Source: a virus
Taxonomy: Duplodnaviria > Heunggongvirae > Uroviricota > Caudoviricetes
Reading direction: 5' to 3' (one strand)
DNA length: 64,000 nt
Virus record (IMG/VR): IMGVR_UViG_3300027977_000006
A program made the translations under genes and the position numbers. Of the stretch, positions 58,530-64,000 are shown piece after piece. A model generated the notes under the pieces. The model was not told the origin of the DNA, made no database searches, and was given only the letters and a program-made list of their open reading frames with translations. How positions within the stretch are numbered: the first letter of the stretch is position 1; every line of letters starts with the position of its first letter.

Positions 58530-61500
58530 TTAATACCATTCTTGGAATTTATCACCAACATCTGGAACTTTAACAGCAGCTGGCGCAACTAATTGACCGT
58601 TGTAGAACACTTTTAACATATAATTACCTCTAATTAAGGTACCAGAAGTAATTGTTCCATTGTCTACTTTATCACCCATAAAATATTGTGAACTGAATAA
58701 TGCAAATGCATTCTTACCATCACCTCTATCATAATTGGCCGATGTTATAATATCTTCAACTCTACTAGTAGTTGTTGGGTTTGGAACAACATCTAATGTT
58801 ATTCTAATACCCTTATCTAAAAATGCTTTAAATTCATCTTCGCTTATCAATAATGTTTGTGTATTTCCAGAATTTTGGAAAATACCTTCTTGTTTTAACC
58901 CTACTTGTATAGTAAATTGTTGAAGGTCTCCAAATTGTTCAATTTTTACATAAGATATACCTGTAATTTTTGGTTCTGTTGTCCCTGTGCTAGGTGGTGC
59001 CTGTGGTGCTGTTTTAGCAGCTGCGTTAAGTTCTTCATCACAAGCTTCAGTTTGATTTATTTCTGGTTCAATTTGTTTTTCAGATATAACAGTGGTTGTT
59101 CTGAACTTATTTATGTTCAAAGTACCATTAACTATCTCGTATGCTCTATTTGTACTTACTTGAACTGTATCTAACGTATTAGTACTAGCATCACCAGTAT
59201 TTTCTAATCTTGCAACTGTTGTAGGTGCAGGTTCAGATTTTTTAATATAATCAGCTCTTGGGTCGTAAACATGTGTATTCGCATAGTAATTAAACGACAA
59301 CGCATTCTGCAATTTATTTATTGGGCCTAATAGCGATGAACCACCAACAATTTTAAGAGATAATGTTACATTTGCAATCATTGGTTGAACACCTATACCT
59401 TCTGGATTTAAATCCCAAACAAGTGGTTCATAATCAATTGATAAATTATCTATTATTACTTTTGTATGGAAGAAGTCACCAATTCTAAGAATACAAATTG
59501 GTGCTCTACCAAAAGCTAAATTATCTGTGTCAAAGTTTTCAGTTGTTGGGCCTTGTCTAGTACATTGTTGTAAGAATGTTAACCTAGAATTTAACCCTTC
59601 TGGTGTCATAGAGTGAAAGGCTGGGTGAAAATATCTAATTCTTTCTCTAAATGAATCAAAGACAAAGTTATCAGTTTGTTTTAATTTTTCAAAATACATA
59701 GCTTCATTATAGAACCTATTAGTTATTTTTGAATTTACATCAAAGTTTTGTTTTTTAACAACTGGTGTTGGTTTTACTGTTTCTTCAGTGGCCAATGTAC
59801 TATCAAATTCAATTAATACTTCAGCTCTTCTGTCTTCTTTACATTGTTTTTGGTCTGGTTTTCCATCTTTAACACAACCAGTATTTGCACCTAATGGTTT
59901 GCTAGTTATTGTGGCAACCAATCTATTATCTTGATTGGTTATACCCATAGCTTTCAAATAGTCATATATTGATTTTCCTCTACCTTGTGCTAATTTTTCG
60001 TTAGAAACTTTATCACCTTGAACACTGGCAAATGCAGATATCTTTATTTTACAGTATTTGCACTTGCTATCCATATAGGCTTTTAAAGCAGGTAAGAAAT
60101 TAGGGTCTGATAAACCACTGTAAGATGGGCCATCAATTTTTATTGGAGTTTTATTTAACCCATAATTATAACCATCATAATATATTGTAAATGGAGCATT
60201 AGGTATTGGATTTCCATTGTTGTCTTTTGGTGGTGTAACTTGTCCTTGAACATTACCTATACCAAATCCTTCTCCTGGTTCTTGTACTGGTGTGGTACCA
60301 ACACTACTATTACCGTTATTGAAATCATTATTCAATCCATTTTCGTAACCAAGAAGAATTATGTCATCCAAAGTTATTACATCATTAGGAAAGTAAACAT
60401 CAAATTTAATATCTGGTGGTCGTGGTGTTGCCAAAACTTGTTGTTGTGGTTCTTGTATTTCTTTTTCGACAATTGAACTTATTTCAGAAACAGTAAGTCT
60501 TTCAGCAAATCTATTATTAGGTTCAACACAACCAGCAACAAATGAAGCAACATAATTATCTTGTGGTCCTAATGCACCTCTAAATGAATTCATATAACTT
60601 GAATGGTCGACAATTATACTAAAAGACAAACTAGCTGACCTTTCTGTGTTGTTATATGTATAAACTGGTTCACCTCTACCTATAAAATTTGTTGATTCCC
60701 AATTAACAGAAGAGGATTCATTAAATTGAATATTATAAGGTGGAAACCACATTATTCTGCCTTTGCTTCCAGTAATTAAATCACCTCTTCCAGCTTCCAC
60801 AGGTGGTAAGTTAGGTAGAAAACCTTGCCAAGCTAAATTTTCAATAGATAGCATATAGTTTTTTGGGTCAGATACACTAGTTAAGTTTCCTTCACTATCA
60901 TAATCAGTATATTTGTCATCAACATATGGTGCGACTTTAACAAACCCATTATCATCCAATGTTGAATTTAGTGTTTGAAACCTGAAATAATTTTCACCAA
61001 ATAATTTTGATGTGTCATTAAGACCAGAATTTCTAACCATTTTTGATACTTGGTCGTATCTATCTAAAGTAGTCCAACTTCTACAATATGTGTCTTTGGC
61101 TTCCGCTCCTTTGTCAACGTATCCAATATCATTGTATAGACTACCAGCTAAAACAGCACTACCTTTAGATATACCATCAGCATTTGCTGTTGTTATTTGT
61201 GATGATGTATAACCCATTTCACCTTTAACAGTGACTATATTTTTCATACCTTTACTGTTAAAAAGTTTTTGTGTTTTAACGAGCAAAGATTTTCTATCAC
61301 CAATAAGTGGTTCATAATCAGGACTTTTATTAACAGCTAAACCATCTCCTCCAAATGAACCCCAAGAAAAATTAACATCATTTATTCTTCTATCTGTATA
61401 TCTACCTATATTTGTATGACCTACAGAAGCTTGTTCTTCTGGCGCTTTGAACCCATACTCGCTAATCATTTCGCTTCTGTTATAACTTATTTCAGGTATA

Positions 61501-62783
61501 ACATTGTTTGGGTCTGGTATTGCAAAAGGATATATTGTCCCTTTATCAGCATCATAAAAAGCATATAAATTTGGGTTTATTGCTTTTCTACCTCTATTGT
61601 CCTCATATCCTGGAACATAACCACTTCTAAATGGTGTTGTTGATGGGTTATCATTTTCAGTTGTGCCAATTAAATTAGCATTTACGTTAGCTATCAAAGC
61701 TTTAACTTGTCCTTTACCAGTATTTAATATCATTGAGTTTGCTCGCTCAATATTACCAGAATTGCTTTCTGATAAAAATATTGAACCAGCCTCATTCAAA
61801 TAACTAACAGGAACTTGAAACCCTAATACTCTTGATGTATAATCAGCTATACGACCACCTAAACTTCTTGGAACCGTAATCGTATAATTTGGCCTAAACC
61901 CAGATAAATTACCAGTCTTAACTAAACTTAATATATTTTCTTCAACATTCAAAGCGCCAAGCAAATCTTCTTGTAAATTAAATGCAGCATTATTTGCCAA
62001 AGCTAATGCTAATTGTTGACCTCCAATCAATCCTAATTTTGTGTCATTGATTAGACCAGTGGCACCAAGCACTCTACCAACCAATGAAGACCTTACATCG
62101 TAGTTGGTTACTATACCGCCTTTAGCTAACCCTAAGCCATTACCATCCAATATACTACCTATTATATTGGCAGCTTGTACCCCAGCATTTCCGCCACCAT
62201 TTAACCCACCAAATACATCCAAATAGCTATCTAATTGTTGTGAGAATCCAGCTGGCTGTAATGAAATAAAATCAGCCATGTCAATTTGTTTGGCTGTATC
62301 AACATATAAATTAAATAAAGTTGCGTCTTTTCTAAATTCAGCATAAGCTGTTTTACCAAATAAACCATATTGTGCAACTTCTTGATTTGCTGATGTTGGG
62401 TATGATTGAATACCTTGCGGAAATTCAATATTACCAAACACACCTTGAGTCTTTTGTATGTATTCAATATCAAACAAAGAAGGTGATGTTGGGTCATCAT
62501 CTTTAAATTGATTTGGAAGAATTGCTATTCCATATCTTAATAAACCTTCTGTTTCAAGTGGAAGACCAAATGGTATTACGTTTGAGTTTCCATTTATACT
62601 TGTTTCTAATACAGGTTCACCAATTCTAGGACCACCATTTATTGATGTTGATAGAAACGGATATTGTGGTAATAAATTTTTGTTTAATAAAAAGTCTCTA
62701 TACCCAAGACCAGTTGCAGTATTGGTAATACTGTTTTTAGTACTTGGTGATGGTGATGACGTGTTATAAAAAGGAAATGGCAT
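58530..62783 (-). CDS. 1417 aa tail tube-initiator/baseplate-like protein with OmpA-like insert
   Basis: FPPY..F.E....W....IGRGEP.Y.Y..ER and PICILRIGDF..LSIDY..W..PMIANV motifs flank VYFPND..ISAFAS..NEKLAQGR..RRAEV. Confidence 0.62.
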   Translation of the reverse strand: MPFPFYNTSSPSPSTKNSITNTATGLGYRDFLLNKNLLPQYPFLSTSINGGPRIGEPVLETSINGNSNVIPFGLPLETEGLLRYGIAILPNQFKDDDPTSPSLFDIEYIQKTQGVFGNIEFPQGIQSYPTSANQEVAQYGLFGKTAYAEFRKDATLFNLYVDTAKQIDMADFISLQPAGFSQQLDSYLDVFGGLNGGGNAGVQAANIIGSILDGNGLGLAKGGIVTNYDVRSSLVGRVLGATGLINDTKLGLIGGQQLALALANNAAFNLQEDLLGALNVEENILSLVKTGNLSGFRPNYTITVPRSLGGRIADYTSRVLGFQVPVSYLNEAGSIFLSESNSGNIERANSMILNTGKGQVKALIANVNANLIGTTENDNPSTTPFRSGYVPGYEDNRGRKAINPNLYAFYDADKGTIYPFAIPDPNNVIPEISYNRSEMISEYGFKAPEEQASVGHTNIGRYTDRRINDVNFSWGSFGGDGLAVNKSPDYEPLIGDRKSLLVKTQKLFNSKGMKNIVTVKGEMGYTSSQITTANADGISKGSAVLAGSLYNDIGYVDKGAEAKDTYCRSWTTLDRYDQVSKMVRNSGLNDTSKLFGENYFRFQTLNSTLDDNGFVKVAPYVDDKYTDYDSEGNLTSVSDPKNYMLSIENLAWQGFLPNLPPVEAGRGDLITGSKGRIMWFPPYNIQFNESSSVNWESTNFIGRGEPVYTYNNTERSASLSFSIIVDHSSYMNSFRGALGPQDNYVASFVAGCVEPNNRFAERLTVSEISSIVEKEIQEPQQQVLATPRPPDIKFDVYFPNDVITLDDIILLGYENGLNNDFNNGNSSVGTTPVQEPGEGFGIGNVQGQVTPPKDNNGNPIPNAPFTIYYDGYNYGLNKTPIKIDGPSYSGLSDPNFLPALKAYMDSKCKYCKIKISAFASVQGDKVSNEKLAQGRGKSIYDYLKAMGITNQDNRLVATITSKPLGANTGCVKDGKPDQKQCKEDRRAEVLIEFDSTLATEETVKPTPVVKKQNFDVNSKITNRFYNEAMYFEKLKQTDNFVFDSFRERIRYFHPAFHSMTPEGLNSRLTFLQQCTRQGPTTENFDTDNLAFGRAPICILRIGDFFHTKVIIDNLSIDYEPLVWDLNPEGIGVQPMIANVTLSLKIVGGSSLLGPINKLQNALSFNYYANTHVYDPRADYIKKSEPAPTTVARLENTGDASTNTLDTVQVSTNRAYEIVNGTLNINKFRTTTVISEKQIEPEINQTEACDEELNAAAKTAPQAPPSTGTTEPKITGISYVKIEQFGDLQQFTIQVGLKQEGIFQNSGNTQTLLISEDEFKAFLDKGIRITLDVVPNPTTTSRVEDIITSANYDRGDGKNAFALFSSQYFMGDKVDNGTITSGTLIRGNYMLKVFYNGQLVAPAAVKVPDVGDKFQEWY

Positions 62784-62859
62784 AGTATTTTATGTTTCTA
62801 TATAAATACTATTGTACCGTAATTTTTAATAAAATAAATGATTAACTTGTATATAAAAT

Positions 62860-62889
62860 AAAAAAAGGCACAACTAGTGCCTTTTTTTT
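62860..62889 (-). terminator. Rho-independent terminator
   Basis: A7-GGCAC-AACTA-GTGCC-T8. Confidence 0.78.
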
Positions 62890-63050
62890 ATTATATTTAT
62901 TATCATATTTATTATAATACACAATATATTATTATATTAATATACATTACGTAATAATGCAAATAAACCGTTTTTTTTTGACAAAGTCAAGTCTATTTTA
63001 GAAAAAAATTATTACAGTATTGATACAACATTGATAATCAAGCAAATTAA

Positions 63051-63998
63051 TTAACCCTTTTGAACTTGATTTTTCATTTTAGCAGCCTCAACGTGTATCA
63101 TCCTAGTTATTTCCCTAACAAATTCTGGGTTTTTGGCCAAATTCATATTGATTTTTTCGTTTCCAGGTGTCATTAATACAATTTCACCACTTATATTTAA
63201 GTCGCCAAATTCATGTTTAACAGTATTTACACCAGCATTTTGTGACATTACTTTATCAACTATACCACCTGGTTTCATTGCAAGAATATCATCTTTATTA
63301 TCAATTGGTGTGACATTTTTACCTTCTAATATAGCTCTTCTAGATTTACGTACAGATTTTTTAGTTCTGCTAAAAATCCCATCTTCAACACCATATGTGT
63401 CTAAATCAAATAACTTTCCACCACCAAAAGCACCTATTCCACCACCAATAAGAGCACCTAAAGGTACGGTAACTGGAGCCATTATACCACCAAAGGCACC
63501 GAGAGCAGCACCAGCTGAAGCACCAGCCAAAGCACCACCAAAAGCACCAACACCTTTTAATCCAGCTCTACCTAATGCCGCACCAGTTGACTTTCCCTTT
63601 TCTTTTTGTTCACCAAACTCATCATATGCTGCAAAACCGCCAGCTGCAACACCACCTAATCTTGTAGCCATAGACCCAGAAGCGCCTTTAAAATTAGCAC
63701 CAAATTTTTGCATATTTGTCATACCAGCTCTATTCATAGCGTTCATATTTCTGGTGCCCATTATACCACCAGTTCCACCTCCTTTACCAGCAACAGTATT
63801 AAAACCAGCGCCAAAAGATAAACCCATAGTATACCATTTAGCAGCTTCAAGCAAACCTAACCCACCAATAGCACCAAGAATAGCTGTTATTGGGTTTTCA
63901 GCGATAAATTTTCCTAAAGGTCCAATTAACCCTGCAAATGTCTTTGCAGCATCTTGAATTCCTTTGATTACATTTTCATCACTTAAAACGAGTGCTAA
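63051..63998 (-). CDS. Tape-measure-like protein, C-terminal part (5' end beyond the window)
   Basis: Frame open to the window edge; Gly/Ala-rich hydrophobic GAxxGAxxG zipper; precedes the hub genes. Confidence 0.7.
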   Translation of the reverse strand, partial: LALVLSDENVIKGIQDAAKTFAGLIGPLGKFIAENPITAILGAIGGLGLLEAAKWYTMGLSFGAGFNTVAGKGGGTGGIMGTRNMNAMNRAGMTNMQKFGANFKGASGSMATRLGGVAAGGFAAYDEFGEQKEKGKSTGAALGRAGLKGVGAFGGALAGASAGAALGAFGGIMAPVTVPLGALIGGGIGAFGGGKLFDLDTYGVEDGIFSRTKKSVRKSRRAILEGKNVTPIDNKDDILAMKPGGIVDKVMSQNAGVNTVKHEFGDLNISGEIVLMTPGNEKINMNLAKNPEFVREITRMIHVEAAKMKNQVQKG

Positions 63999-64000
63999 TT

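Noticed and set aside
62809-63050. Replication origin in the AT-rich intergenic region
   Set aside because: No iterons or DnaA boxes recognised; explained by a terminator plus promoter-like motifs
325-63957. Many plus-strand ORFs in the track (e.g. 5993-6421, 50327-50761, 63133-63957) and short nested minus-strand ORFs
   Set aside because: They are antisense or off-frame shadows of well-supported genes, with Ser/Phe/Leu-biased composition and no motifs or promoters
1-64000. Stop-codon reassignment as in some large Bacteroidetes phages
   Set aside because: Long genes are intact in code 11, and TAG/TGA end genes at sensible positions (e.g. sbcC, ssb)
1-64000. CRISPR array, tRNA or rRNA genes
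   Set aside because: No spaced direct repeats or cloverleaf-like sequence seen; intergenic gaps are short and AT-rich (tRNAscan not run)

Overview
This window is a 64 kb, very AT-rich and densely coded segment of a large contractile-tailed (T4/jumbo-like) phage genome. All credible genes except one lie on the minus strand. The host is most likely a Bacteroidetes: there are repeated TTG-N19/20-TAnnTTTG promoters, a Bacteroidetes-type short RpoD, SprB-like repeats and an SSB ending in DDLPF. From left to right: a putative lysis/membrane cluster, sigma70, SbcC and a fractured SbcD, a glycosyltransferase, an intein-containing PD-(D/E)XK nuclease, primase, a RuvC-like resolvase, a ~22 kb baseplate/tail block, split NrdA plus NrdB, intein-containing DnaB, a 5'-3' exonuclease, RecA/UvsX, SSB, a tail hub with peptidoglycan hydrolase domains, an OmpA-like-domain tail protein and the end of a tape-measure-like gene. 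The most notable feature is that three free-standing homing endonucleases sit in conserved DNA-metabolism genes, and each insertion is apparently tolerated in a different way. (1) nrdA is broken by a naturally split intein. (2) sbcD is broken with no intein or intron, and the new termini have complementary charges. (3) The resolvase was hit by a cassette of an unannotated ribbon-helix-helix gene plus a GIY-YIG gene, which leaves a 15-codon stub and is followed by a second copy of the N-terminus. Two class 3 (WCT) inteins, one starting with Gly, and two strand-specific promoter classes are also visible. All product calls come from motif recognition by eye; no searches were run.
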